DNA from: a virus
IMG/VR virus record: IMGVR_UViG_3300027749_000062
Span: 1-64,000 of that record
Reading direction: 5' to 3' (one strand)
DNA: 64,000 bases
Shown here: one piece after another, positions 38,354-48,270 of the stretch
Layout of the letters: every line of letters begins with the position of its first letter
How positions within the stretch are numbered: position 1 is the stretch's first letter
Position numbers and translations under genes: made by a program
The notes under the pieces: model-generated
Database searches by the model: none
What the model was told of the DNA's origin: nothing
The model's input: only the letters and a program-made list of their open reading frames with translations

Positions 38354-38968
38354 TTAAAAAATTAACCAGCGTTGGCCGCTGGTAATTGTAACTGATTGTC
38401 CATTCGCCACAGTCACAGGACCAACTGTCATAGCATTATAACCTGCAGCAATTGTATAACTTGAACTTATCGTTGCTCTATTTAGGTATAAACCATTATT
38501 TGCCGTGACTACAGATGCTTGTAATTCACCGGTAGATGGTTTATATAACAAATTTGTATTGCTGGTATAAACTGTAGTCGCAGAACCAGTTGTTGATGCC
38601 GCAAACAATGGATACTCATAACTAGCAGTCGTTGTATCGTTGCTTAGAGTTGCACCACCAACAGAAGTCCATGCAGGAGATGCACCACCATATCCCTCAA
38701 ATTGGCTTGTCGTTGTATTGTAACGCAACATACCAGTAGCTGGACTTGCTGGTTGTTGTCCTGTTGTACCTTTACTTAATGTAAGAGCTCCAGTGGATGT
38801 AAAAGTGCCATTTTGGTTTGCATCAATCAAAAAGGCTTGTGTGCCGTTAGTGGATATAGCTAATTGATTTGTGTTTGGATAGTAAACACCCGTAGTTGTG
38901 CCAGCAGTACCACCTTGTATTGCTGGTGTCGTTGCGCTATTGTCTGTGCCGTTAAGAAATAATGGCAT
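38354..38968 (-). CDS. Fibre adaptor protein
   Basis: GTTGQQP...GMLRYN...FEGY module; C-terminal ...VGPVTV...SGQRWLIF. Confidence 0.55.
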   Translation of the reverse strand: MPLFLNGTDNSATTPAIQGGTAGTTTGVYYPNTNQLAISTNGTQAFLIDANQNGTFTSTGALTLSKGTTGQQPASPATGMLRYNTTTSQFEGYGGASPAWTSVGGATLSNDTTTASYEYPLFAASTTGSATTVYTSNTNLLYKPSTGELQASVVTANNGLYLNRATISSSYTIAAGYNAMTVGPVTVANGQSVTITSGQRWLIF

Positions 38969-39002
38969 AGTTTACTCCACAATTTAGAATGGTTGTTTTC
39001 AT

Positions 39003-39347
39003 TTATTCCAGAACAACCCAAGAAGTAGTTGATTCATTCCATTCGTATATGCCGTCAGTAGGCATTGGTGTTGGTGCATCCCACAGGCAAGTTTCATCAT
39101 TCAATGTCCAAGATGGAAATGGTTGTGGTGGAATAAAAGCGTCACGGGTTCTATCGTAAGTAAAACCAACACCAGCGTAATTTTTACGCAATGGAGTGCC
39201 GCCGTTAGCGTGAACACCGCCTCGGGTATTATAACTAGTCTGGATCCATTCACCAGGACTTGTGTCTACGAATGTTTGAAAAAACTCAGGTTCAGCCACA
39301 ATGACTTGAACTACTACGCCGTTTGATACTTTTGCAAAATGTGCCAT
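39003..39347 (-). CDS. Small fibre-associated protein (paralogue of 30506-30847)
   Basis: Near-identical motifs WIQTSYNT, PLRKNYAGVG, RDAFIPPQPFPSW. Confidence 0.65.
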   Translation of the reverse strand: MAHFAKVSNGVVVQVIVAEPEFFQTFVDTSPGEWIQTSYNTRGGVHANGGTPLRKNYAGVGFTYDRTRDAFIPPQPFPSWTLNDETCLWDAPTPMPTDGIYEWNESTTSWVVLE

Positions 39348-39365
39348 ATTAACTCCTTAACTTTT

Positions 39366-40913
39366 TTATGCTGTGTATGTACCGCTTGATGTAAATGTAT
39401 GTATAGTGTTTCCACCAGAAGATGTTACTGTACCACCTGTGCCTTTTTGCGAACCGGAGTAACTGATGATGACGATGCCGGAACCACCATTAGTGCCCGT
39501 ATTTGGGGCGTTCCATGTACAGCCCCCACCACCACCAGAATTTACAGTCGCGGCATTGGGATATGCGCCGCCGCCACCTGCACCGCCGCTGCCGTTACCA
39601 CCAGCGCCGGCACCACCACCACCGCCAGCGTAAGTAACACTGGAACCGGATATGCTACTTGCTGTTCCAGCACCACCCGTTCCACCAGAAGAACCAGAAC
39701 CAGAATTTCCGGCCGCTGAAGCGCCTCCGCCGCCACCACACGCATTGCCACCACCTCCACCGCCACCGGCATTTCCTTGCCCAGTAGTGCCAGAGCCGCC
39801 GCCATTACCACCGCGGCCGCCACCACCAGAACCACCAGAAACGCCAGTACCGGAACTACCGCCACCACCACCAAGAGCAGTTACAAGACTACCAATACTT
39901 GAATTACCGCCGGTATCACCAACACCGGTTGCCGCTGGTTGAGCGGATCCACCTGCACCAACAGTCACTGTGTATGCGGTTCCAGTAAGAACACTGGTAG
40001 ACGAAGTTAAAAGGCCTCCAGCCCCTCCGCCACCTGAACCTCCGCTGCCACCGCCACCGCCAGCAACTACCAAATAACTGACTGTGTAAAAACCTAAATT
40101 AGCTAATGTGGTGAGAAATGTTGGTGTAAGAGCCGTGCTGAACACAAACCATGAAGTGGATGCAGAACGATATATGTAAGATATTGATTGTCCCGGCACT
40201 AACCCAGGAATTGTGTTATTCAGCGTCTGTCCTGTATTAGCATTAAGTGTAAGTGTAGTAATTTCTTTTGTGCTACTGAAGCTAACCACCATTCCATCAC
40301 TAGGTGAAGCAGGCATTGTAATGGTTCCGGTAAGCAATGTACCGGCCGGGTTGATTATCAGCGTGTTGTAGGTGCTGAAAGTATATGAGAACCCCGTAGT
40401 CGGGACTAGGTAGTCGTAGTTTTGCACTACGCCTTTACCAGTGGATTTAATTGTGCCCGCGAACGTGGCGTTTTGGCTTGTGTCAATAGTGACCGCTGTG
40501 TTTCCATTAGTAGCAATAGTAACTGGACCACCAGACGAGGCCACAGATACGTTAGATGTGCCGTTAGAAATGGATGTTGTTGACAGAGTAGTCCAAGTAG
40601 GTGATGCACTCGATCCTGCTGAAGTCAGAACTTGTCCGTTTGTTCCAAAAGATGGTGTAGAACCTAAACCTATTGCTTGACTTGAATTAAGTGTGAGCGC
40701 AGTAGTTCCTGCACTTTTTAATGTGAGTGATGTAGCTGCTGCCGAAGTGATAGTGTTTGATGTAATTGAACCATTAAATGTTACATTTTGATTAGAATCG
40801 ATAAGAACTGCATTAGCTGAACTTGTACCAGTTTGTATTTGCAGATTGCCAGATAAATCTGACCTTACTGTAAATGCTGTTGTGAGTAAAGTTCCAGTTG
40901 ATAGTGTGCTCAT
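39366..40913 (-). CDS. Gly-rich fibre/adhesin protein
   Basis: SDLSGNLQIQTG N-module; Gly-rich domain ending HTFTSSGTYTA, as in 35833-36963. Confidence 0.65.
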   Translation of the reverse strand: MSTLSTGTLLTTAFTVRSDLSGNLQIQTGTSSANAVLIDSNQNVTFNGSITSNTITSAAATSLTLKSAGTTALTLNSSQAIGLGSTPSFGTNGQVLTSAGSSASPTWTTLSTTSISNGTSNVSVASSGGPVTIATNGNTAVTIDTSQNATFAGTIKSTGKGVVQNYDYLVPTTGFSYTFSTYNTLIINPAGTLLTGTITMPASPSDGMVVSFSSTKEITTLTLNANTGQTLNNTIPGLVPGQSISYIYRSASTSWFVFSTALTPTFLTTLANLGFYTVSYLVVAGGGGGSGGSGGGGAGGLLTSSTSVLTGTAYTVTVGAGGSAQPAATGVGDTGGNSSIGSLVTALGGGGGSSGTGVSGGSGGGGRGGNGGGSGTTGQGNAGGGGGGGNACGGGGGASAAGNSGSGSSGGTGGAGTASSISGSSVTYAGGGGGAGAGGNGSGGAGGGGAYPNAATVNSGGGGGCTWNAPNTGTNGGSGIVIISYSGSQKGTGGTVTSSGGNTIHTFTSSGTYTA

Positions 40914-40922
40914 TTTTTTATT

Positions 40923-43166
40923 TTATAAAATTATCCATCGTTGTCCACTCGCAACATTAACATAGTAACTACTAGCTATGGTTAATGGGCCAACGGAAAG
41001 TCCATTTGTATTTGCTGCAATCGTTGCATTACTGGTTATATATGTACTGTTGAGAAGAATTAATGGAGCAGGACCAGTATTTGCCACAGCGAAAGCTGCA
41101 TTAGCTTGCGTGAAAGCACCGTTAGCATATATGCTGGCACTATTAGCCTGTGCATATGCGGAGTTAGCATATGTACCAGTTGTATTTTGACTACCATATG
41201 CAGAATTCGCTTGAGTGAATGCAGCTGTAATGCTGGTGTTTTGGGTTAAATTGATTGCATTTGATGAAGTAAAAGCCGCATTGGCTTGTACGAAAGAACC
41301 ATTGGCATATATTGAAGCACCATTAGCTTGTGCATATGCGGAGTTAGCATATGAACCAGACGTTATGGCATTAGCATTTGCATTATTGGCCGCCAAATAT
41401 GCTGAGTTGGCATATGTACCAGTTACATTTTGACCACTATATGATGCATTAGCTTGTACGAAAGCACCATTGGCATATATCTGCGCTGAGTTTGCGGTAT
41501 AGTATGCTGAGTTGGCATAAGTTGCGCTTACATTTTGAGAATTGAAAGCCGCATTTGCTTGTACAAAAGCACCGTTAGCATATATCTGTGCTGAGTTTGC
41601 AGTATAGTATGCTGAGTTGGCATATGTACCGGTCACATTTTGTGATGTATATGCAGCATTCGCTTGTACAAAAGCACCGTTAGCATATACACCAGCTGAA
41701 TTGGCGGCTACAAATGCAGAGTTGGCGTAAATACCAGTTGTGTTCTGTGAACCATAAGCTGAATTCGCTTGAGTGAATGCAGATGAAATACTTGTATTAT
41801 GTGTGCTGAATACCGAATTAGCAAATATGTATACTGCGTTAGCCTGTACAAAAGCACCATTAGCATAAACACCAGATGTTATTGCGTTGGCGTTTGCATT
41901 ATTAGCCGCCAGATAAGCTGAATTAGCATAGATACCAGTTGTTATAGAATTAGCATTGGCACCATTAGCTGCTAGATAAGCTGAGTTAGCATAGGTACCA
42001 GTTACATTCTGTGAACCATAAGCCGCATTAGCTTGTACGAAAGCACCATTTGCATATATCTGCGCTGAGTTTGCAGTATAATACGATGAATTGGCATAGG
42101 TACCAGTTGTTATTGCATTGGCATTGGCGTTGTTAGCTGCCAGATAAGCTGAATTGGCATATGTACCGGTTACATTCTGAGAAGCATATGATGAGTTTGC
42201 TTGTGTAAATGCTGATGAAATACTGGTATTCTGTGTGCTGAATACCGAATTAGCAAATATGTATACCGCATTTGCTTGAGTAAATGCGGAATTAGCATAG
42301 GCACCAGATGTTATAGCATTTGCGTTGGCATTATTTGCGGCTAGATACGCTGAATTGGCATAGGTACCAGATGTTATCGCATTCGCATTGGCGTTGTTAG
42401 CCGCTAAGTAAGCTGAATTGGCATATGTACCGGTTACATTCTGAGAAGCATAAGCCGCATTAGCTTGTACAAAGGCACCATTAGCATATAGACTTGCGCT
42501 ATTGGCTTGTGCATATGCTGAATTGGCGTAAGTGCCAGTTACATTCTGACTACCATAAGCCGCATTAGCTTGTACGAAGGCACCATTGGCATATAACTGA
42601 GCTGAATTAGCCGTATAATATGCTGAGTTAGCATAAGTGCCTGTAGTTATTGCATTAGCATTAGCATTGTTAGCTGCTAGGTATGCTGAGTTGGCGTATG
42701 TACCTGTTACGTTTTGAGAACCATAAGCCGCATTAGCTTGTACGAAAGCACCATTTGCATATATCTGCGCTGAGTTTGCAGTAAAATAAGCAGAATTGGC
42801 GTATGTACCTGTTACGTTTTGAGAACCATAAGCCGCATTGGCTTGTACAAAAGCTCCGTTAGCATATATTTGTGCAGAGTTAGCTGTATAGTATGCTGAG
42901 TTAGCGTATGATGCTGTCGCTGCAGGTGATGTTGTTTGTGTTGTTCCATCGACAAAGGTTATACCATTGCCTGTACCTGTAATTACATGATTTCCAGTAT
43001 ACACATTACCAACAACACCCAAACCACCAATCGATATGACAAGCGCACCAGTTAAATTTGATGTAGAATTATTTGCTCCAGAAATAGAAACATTTGAGCC
43101 TACCGTTATAAAGGTATCTACTGATGTATTTCCGTATATTCTTGTTCCACTTAGAAGTTTTGCCAT
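40923..43166 (-). CDS. Ala/Asn heptad-repeat fibre protein
   Basis: Long array of YANSAY/YANGAFVQANAAY/SQNVTGT heptads; C-terminal SGQRWIIL. Confidence 0.7.
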   Translation of the reverse strand: MAKLLSGTRIYGNTSVDTFITVGSNVSISGANNSTSNLTGALVISIGGLGVVGNVYTGNHVITGTGNGITFVDGTTQTTSPAATASYANSAYYTANSAQIYANGAFVQANAAYGSQNVTGTYANSAYFTANSAQIYANGAFVQANAAYGSQNVTGTYANSAYLAANNANANAITTGTYANSAYYTANSAQLYANGAFVQANAAYGSQNVTGTYANSAYAQANSASLYANGAFVQANAAYASQNVTGTYANSAYLAANNANANAITSGTYANSAYLAANNANANAITSGAYANSAFTQANAVYIFANSVFSTQNTSISSAFTQANSSYASQNVTGTYANSAYLAANNANANAITTGTYANSSYYTANSAQIYANGAFVQANAAYGSQNVTGTYANSAYLAANGANANSITTGIYANSAYLAANNANANAITSGVYANGAFVQANAVYIFANSVFSTHNTSISSAFTQANSAYGSQNTTGIYANSAFVAANSAGVYANGAFVQANAAYTSQNVTGTYANSAYYTANSAQIYANGAFVQANAAFNSQNVSATYANSAYYTANSAQIYANGAFVQANASYSGQNVTGTYANSAYLAANNANANAITSGSYANSAYAQANGASIYANGSFVQANAAFTSSNAINLTQNTSITAAFTQANSAYGSQNTTGTYANSAYAQANSASIYANGAFTQANAAFAVANTGPAPLILLNSTYITSNATIAANTNGLSVGPLTIASSYYVNVASGQRWIIL

Positions 43167-43186
43167 AGTATGTTATTTATTCTAGG

Positions 43187-44032
43187 TTAAAAAGGTGTGA
43201 TAGTGTAAGTGTATTCATCAAAGTAACCACTGACCATATACGTTCCAGTGTTGGTTCTGCGTTCGGCAAAATCTGGAGTCACTATCACTCCAGTAGCACC
43301 TATTCCCTGATAAGGAGTTAAATATCCTGCTTCAAATTGAGCACCCCAACCATAAAATCCTGTTGCACCGTCACCTACATAAGTAGGGTTTACAAGGCTG
43401 GCATTAGTGGTACTTTTTGTTATACCAATACTACCTGTTAATGTTCCGGCTCCTGCTAATGCGGTATTGGTGATATTACCAGTTACACTTACTCTATACC
43501 ATCCATTTCCTTTTGGTTCGGAAGTTGAAGTAATATATGTTCCGCTACCGGATGTTGCTATATTATTAATAACTCCGGTAGATGGATTTACATTTATGCC
43601 GATTCTATCAGGTTGTTGATATCCTGTTGCAAAATATAAAGTTAAGTAGGTCGATGCAGAATATGATTTTACATGTACCGACCATGTATAAGTAGCAACT
43701 CTTTCTAATACAGTCATTGGATCTGTGAGTATTGTATGTCTACCTAACGGTGCTGAGTTCAATAGTAAATCTGCGGTTAGCGTACTATTAGGTGCTGCTA
43801 TTGCATTTCCGGTTACTACTACTTGACCCGAGGCAGTGTTCCACCCGGTTGCGTTATCAAATTCTTGAGAAGAAATGGCTAAATTCTTAATAGGTGATTG
43901 TGTAACTTCATCAAATAGTGCCGCATATACTCCTGCGGGTCCTACTTTAACAGAACTATAGGCTACTTCATCAAATGCCACACTTGATTGAAGTATTCCA
44001 GTGGGAAACAGTTTAGTTATAGTTGTTGCCAT
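43187..44032 (-). CDS. Virion protein with FDE(V/Y) motifs flanking a CBM-like domain
   Basis: NLAISSQEFDN..GW, YTWSVHVK, GNGWYRVSVT, WGAQFE. Confidence 0.6.
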   Translation of the reverse strand: MATTITKLFPTGILQSSVAFDEVAYSSVKVGPAGVYAALFDEVTQSPIKNLAISSQEFDNATGWNTASGQVVVTGNAIAAPNSTLTADLLLNSAPLGRHTILTDPMTVLERVATYTWSVHVKSYSASTYLTLYFATGYQQPDRIGINVNPSTGVINNIATSGSGTYITSTSEPKGNGWYRVSVTGNITNTALAGAGTLTGSIGITKSTTNASLVNPTYVGDGATGFYGWGAQFEAGYLTPYQGIGATGVIVTPDFAERRTNTGTYMVSGYFDEYTYTITPF

Positions 44033-47000
44033 TATCCAAATACCGTGTCTAAACTACCTGTAGCTGAGTTATAATATTGATAGACTACACTTACATTGCT
44101 ATTGACAAATCCAACTCTATTACCAACATAAATACTGTCTGCAACGCCGACACCACCAAACACTTGTAATGCACCTGTAGTATTTGATATAGATGTGGTT
44201 GTATTTGTTATTATTAAATTACCAGTAATTGTTACATTACCGGTAATTGTACCACCAGTATTTGCATTGACTGTATTGTTTGCTCTTGTATAAGCCGCAT
44301 TAGCTTGTACAAAAGCACCATTGGCATATAATGATGACGAGTTTGCAACATTAAATCCGGCGTTTGATTGTACAAAAGCACCGTTAGCATATAGTTGTGC
44401 TGAGTTTGCAGTAAAGTAAGCAGAATTGGCATATGTGCCGGTTACATTCTGACTACCGTAAGCAGCATTCGCCTGAACAAATCCACCGTTAGCATAAAGT
44501 TGTGCCGAGTTAGCCGTATAGTAAGCTGAGTTGGCATATGAACCAGTCGTGTTCTGACTTATGTAAGCTGCATTTGCCTGTGTATATGCATTTGTGATAT
44601 AAGTGAATACATTATATCCACTAACATATATTGTGTTGGCTATGACATTTGCTTTTACAGTATTAGCTATTAGATTTGCACGTTGATAAGAAGGATCTGT
44701 AATTATAATATTGTTATTGGGTGATACTTCTGGTGTATAACCTTCAAATATATTCCATTCTTTTGTATCCGAATCTCGGAAAAAACCTGTGTGTGCGTTT
44801 GTTCCATTATTATAATGTGCAGCAAAACCAATATCTAATGCATCTGAGTAATAATTTCCTAAACCCAATAATATCAAAGTATCTTTTACAGTAAAAGATT
44901 CAGTATTGGTTGTTATAGTAGTACCTAATACAGTCAAGTTACCTTGAATTGTTGCATCTTGGACAATGGTTAAATTGCCTGTAATTGTTCCGCCTGCCAA
45001 AGGTAAAGCATTATTAGCTTTCAAGAATGCAGAGTTTGCATATGACCCAGCTGAATTAGCAAAACTAAGTGCAGTATTGGCATATGTACCTGTCACATTC
45101 TGGCTACTATAAGAAGCATTGGCTTGTACAAAAGCACCATTTGCATATAACTGTGCTGAATTGGCCGTATAATATGCCGAGTTAGCATATGTGCCTGTAG
45201 TTATTGCATTTGCATTGGCGCCGTTAGCTGCTAGATAAGCCGAGTTTGCATAAGAACCAGATGTTATGGCATTCGCATTTGCATTATTAGCCGCCAGATA
45301 AGCTGAGTTAGCATAAGTTCCTGTTACATTTTGACTAGTGTATGATGCATTTGCCTGTACGAATGCACCATTAGCATATAACTGTGCTGAATTGGCGGTG
45401 TAATATGCTGAGTTTGCATAAGAACCAGATGTTATTGCATTCGCATTTGCGTTATTAGCCGCTAAGTAAGCTGAATTAGCATAAGTTCCTGTTACATTTT
45501 GACTAGTGTATGATGCGTTAGCTTGAGTAAATGCACCATTCGCATATACACCAGCAGAATTTGCAGAAAGAAATGCTGAGTTAGCATATGCACCTGAGGT
45601 TATTGCATTTGCATTAGAATTGTTTGATGATAAAAATGCAGAATTGGCATATGAACCGAATGTTATTGCATTAGCATTCGCACCATTGGCCGCCAAATAA
45701 GCTGAGTTAGCATAGGTACCAGTTACGTTTTGGGAAGCATAAGCTGAATTTGCCTGTACAAAAGCACCATTGGCATATAACTGAGATGAATTGGCTGTAT
45801 AATATGCTGCATTAGCATATGTACCTGTTACGTTTTGTGAACTATAGGCCGCATTGGCTTGTACGAGAGCACCATTCGCATATACGCCAGCAGAATTTGC
45901 TGTTGTAAAAGATGCATTAGAATATGCATAAGGTGCAGCCGCAGTAACTTGATATGTTGTATCGGGAAATATTACACTAACTGAAGTATTAACAGAATTT
46001 GCATATATGATATTAACACCACCAATATTTCCACTCGAACCGGTTGTGGTAAAATAAGCAGCTGTTACATTATTTGCAACTGTTAAATTATTGGATACAG
46101 TTAAGTTGCCTGCTGTAATTATTGTGCTTGTATTTTGTAATGCCGTATTTGCAACTCCAAAAGATGCATTGGCCTTAACAAAAGCACCATTCGCATATAC
46201 ACCAGCAGAATTTGCTGTTGAGAATGCTGAGTTAGCGTAAATACCAGTAGTATTTTGAGAACTAAATGCTGAGTTAGCGTAAATACCAGTAGTATTTTGA
46301 GAACTAAATGCTGAGTTAGCGTAGGCACCAGTTGTTATTGCATTGGCATTCGCACCATTAGCCGCCAAGTAAGCTGAATTGGCATATGTACCGGTTACAT
46401 TCTGAGAAGCATATGCTGAATTTGCTTGCAAGAAAGCTGCGTTTGCCGCGCTACCAGCTGAAGTTGAATTTGCTGTTGCGAAGGCAGCATTAGCCTGAGC
46501 AAATGCACCATTAGCATATACACCAGCAGAATTTGCAGTATAGTATGCTGAGTTAGCATATGTACCAGATGTTATTGCGTTAGCATTTGCACCATTGGCT
46601 GCTGTATATGCGGAGTTAGCATATGTGCCAGTCACATTTTGTGAAGCATATGATGAGTTTGCTTGTGCAAACGCTGATGTAATACTGGTGTTCTGTGTTA
46701 AATTAATTCCATTCGATGAAGAATAGACCGAATTTGCTTGAGTGAATGCACCATTGGCATATGTACCAGATGTTATTGCGTTGGCGTTTGCATTATTGGC
46801 TGCTAAGTAAGCTGAATTAGCATAAGTTCCAGTTACATTTTGACTAGTATATGCAGAATTGGCTTGTACAAAAGCACCATTCGCATATAAACTCGCTCCA
46901 TTTGCTTGTGTAAAAGCGGAGTTAGCATAGATGCCGGTGGTATTTTGACTATTATAAGCCGAATTGGATTGTACAAAAGCACCATTAGCATATAATGCTG

Positions 47001-47538
47001 CCGAATTGGCGGTATAATATGCTGAGTTGGCATATGTGCCTGTTACATTTTGACCAGTGTAAGATGCATTTGCCTGAGCAAAAGCACCATTAGCGTATAT
47101 CTGTGCTGAGTTTGCGGTATAGTATGCTGAGTTAGCATAGGTTCCAGTTACGTTTTGTGTATTAAAAGCTGCATTCGCTTGAGCAAAAGAACCATTAGCG
47201 TATGTTTGTGCCGAATTGGCTGTATAGTACGCACCATTAGCATAGGTACCTGTAGTGTTTTGGCTAATGTAGGCCGCGTTTGCCTGAATGAAAGCGCCAT
47301 TAGCATATAGTGCCGCAGAATTTGCTTGAGAATGACTAGAATTTCCATGAATATATGCTGCATTTGCTTGTAAGAAAGCTGCATTCGCTGATAAGAACGC
47401 AGAATTGGCATATGATCCAGTAGAGTTTTGACTACTATAAGATGAGTTGGCCTGAAGATATGCGGTATTTGCATAGTCACCTGCAACCCGTACATCTTTA
47501 TTCTCTTGATTACCTAAAATGGTATAAATTGTCTTCAT
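44032..47538 (-). CDS. Long Ala/Asn heptad-repeat fibre protein
   Basis: AN heptads interrupted by beta-strand knots (GNLTV, VKDTLILLG..DIGF); C-terminal YQYYNSATGSLDTVFG. Confidence 0.7.
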   Translation of the reverse strand: MKTIYTILGNQENKDVRVAGDYANTAYLQANSSYSSQNSTGSYANSAFLSANAAFLQANAAYIHGNSSHSQANSAALYANGAFIQANAAYISQNTTGTYANGAYYTANSAQTYANGSFAQANAAFNTQNVTGTYANSAYYTANSAQIYANGAFAQANASYTGQNVTGTYANSAYYTANSAALYANGAFVQSNSAYNSQNTTGIYANSAFTQANGASLYANGAFVQANSAYTSQNVTGTYANSAYLAANNANANAITSGTYANGAFTQANSVYSSSNGINLTQNTSITSAFAQANSSYASQNVTGTYANSAYTAANGANANAITSGTYANSAYYTANSAGVYANGAFAQANAAFATANSTSAGSAANAAFLQANSAYASQNVTGTYANSAYLAANGANANAITTGAYANSAFSSQNTTGIYANSAFSSQNTTGIYANSAFSTANSAGVYANGAFVKANASFGVANTALQNTSTIITAGNLTVSNNLTVANNVTAAYFTTTGSSGNIGGVNIIYANSVNTSVSVIFPDTTYQVTAAAPYAYSNASFTTANSAGVYANGALVQANAAYSSQNVTGTYANAAYYTANSSQLYANGAFVQANSAYASQNVTGTYANSAYLAANGANANAITFGSYANSAFLSSNNSNANAITSGAYANSAFLSANSAGVYANGAFTQANASYTSQNVTGTYANSAYLAANNANANAITSGSYANSAYYTANSAQLYANGAFVQANASYTSQNVTGTYANSAYLAANNANANAITSGSYANSAYLAANGANANAITTGTYANSAYYTANSAQLYANGAFVQANASYSSQNVTGTYANTALSFANSAGSYANSAFLKANNALPLAGGTITGNLTIVQDATIQGNLTVLGTTITTNTESFTVKDTLILLGLGNYYSDALDIGFAAHYNNGTNAHTGFFRDSDTKEWNIFEGYTPEVSPNNNIIITDPSYQRANLIANTVKANVIANTIYVSGYNVFTYITNAYTQANAAYISQNTTGSYANSAYYTANSAQLYANGGFVQANAAYGSQNVTGTYANSAYFTANSAQLYANGAFVQSNAGFNVANSSSLYANGAFVQANAAYTRANNTVNANTGGTITGNVTITGNLIITNTTTSISNTTGALQVFGGVGVADSIYVGNRVGFVNSNVSVVYQYYNSATGSLDTVFG
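46223..46323. repeat. Perfect 42-bp tandem repeat (2.4 copies), in frame
   Basis: AATGCTGAGTTAGCGTAAATACCAGTAGTATTTTGAGAACTA twice plus 17 nt; encodes SSQNTTGIYANSAF. Confidence 0.9.
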
Positions 47539-47539
47539 G

Positions 47540-47866
47540 TTATGTTATTTCTAATAGACTAACTATCACATCAACTGAAGAAGCTGTATTTGTATTTACT
47601 GAAAGATAATCACCAGATTCCAATACTACTTTTTGGCCGCCGCCTATTGGAATTAAAGAACTTCCTGGATCAATCTGAGCACTTTTTACCATATAAAAAT
47701 TTGAACCACTAATGTTTAAAATAACATTTGCAGATATTGAAGTATTTAATAGATTTGCAACTGACATACCAATAATTGTGGCTTGAGTTCCGGCGCCAGC
47801 TGTATACACTACTGTCGGAGATGTACCGACTGCGGCCGATCCATAATTTTTAAAACTATTTGCCAT
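47540..47866 (-). CDS. Small virion beta-sandwich protein
   Basis: MANSFKN...VYTA...TIIGMSVAN...GGQKVVLE.GD.L.V...SLLEIT. Confidence 0.6.
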   Translation of the reverse strand: MANSFKNYGSAAVGTSPTVVYTAGAGTQATIIGMSVANLLNTSISANVILNISGSNFYMVKSAQIDPGSSLIPIGGGQKVVLESGDYLSVNTNTASSVDVIVSLLEIT

Positions 47867-47892
47867 TTTTATTTCCTAATAACTTATATTTA

Positions 47893-48270
47893 TTAACCTA
47901 ATGCAATCGCATAAGCCAATGCATCTGAATCAGCTGTATTTGCTTTAGAGAAAGCTGCATTTGCATAAATTCCAGTTGTATTTTGACTAGCATATGAAGA
48001 ATTTGCGGCAATAAAAGCAGCATTTATTCCAGCAGTCGCAGAATTTGCAGCTGCAAAAGCTAGGTTTGATTGATTATATGCTGTAGAAACTTGCGATAAA
48101 GCAGTATTTGCAGTAGATAAAGCTGAATTAGCTACATCGTAAATTTGCTGAATCTGTTGAGATTGACTTGATGCACCTAAAAATTGTGCAGTGGATTGTA
48201 CAGATGCGGGTGCTCCTGGTCCAACCCTTACACTAATTTGTGATATAGGATTTACTACTACTGTTGCCAT
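47893..48270 (-). CDS. Short AN-heptad protein ending ALAYAIALG
   Basis: ORF translation; coupled to the upstream gene. Confidence 0.6.
   Translation of the reverse strand: MATVVVNPISQISVRVGPGAPASVQSTAQFLGASSQSQQIQQIYDVANSALSTANTALSQVSTAYNQSNLAFAAANSATAGINAAFIAANSSYASQNTTGIYANAAFSKANTADSDALAYAIALG

Noticed and set aside
35833-39500. Similar 3' ends of the two Gly-rich genes as a DGR template/variable repeat pair (an Mtd-N-like domain is also present)
   Set aside because: Differences are mostly synonymous and not adenine-specific, both copies are coding, and no reverse transcriptase is in the window.
30857-40913. Invertible tail-fibre shufflon
   Set aside because: All cassettes are co-oriented, and I saw no recombinase gene or flanking inverted repeats.
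40923-47538. Periodic repeats as a CRISPR array
   Set aside because: They are in-frame coding heptads with synonymous variation and have no repeat-spacer structure.
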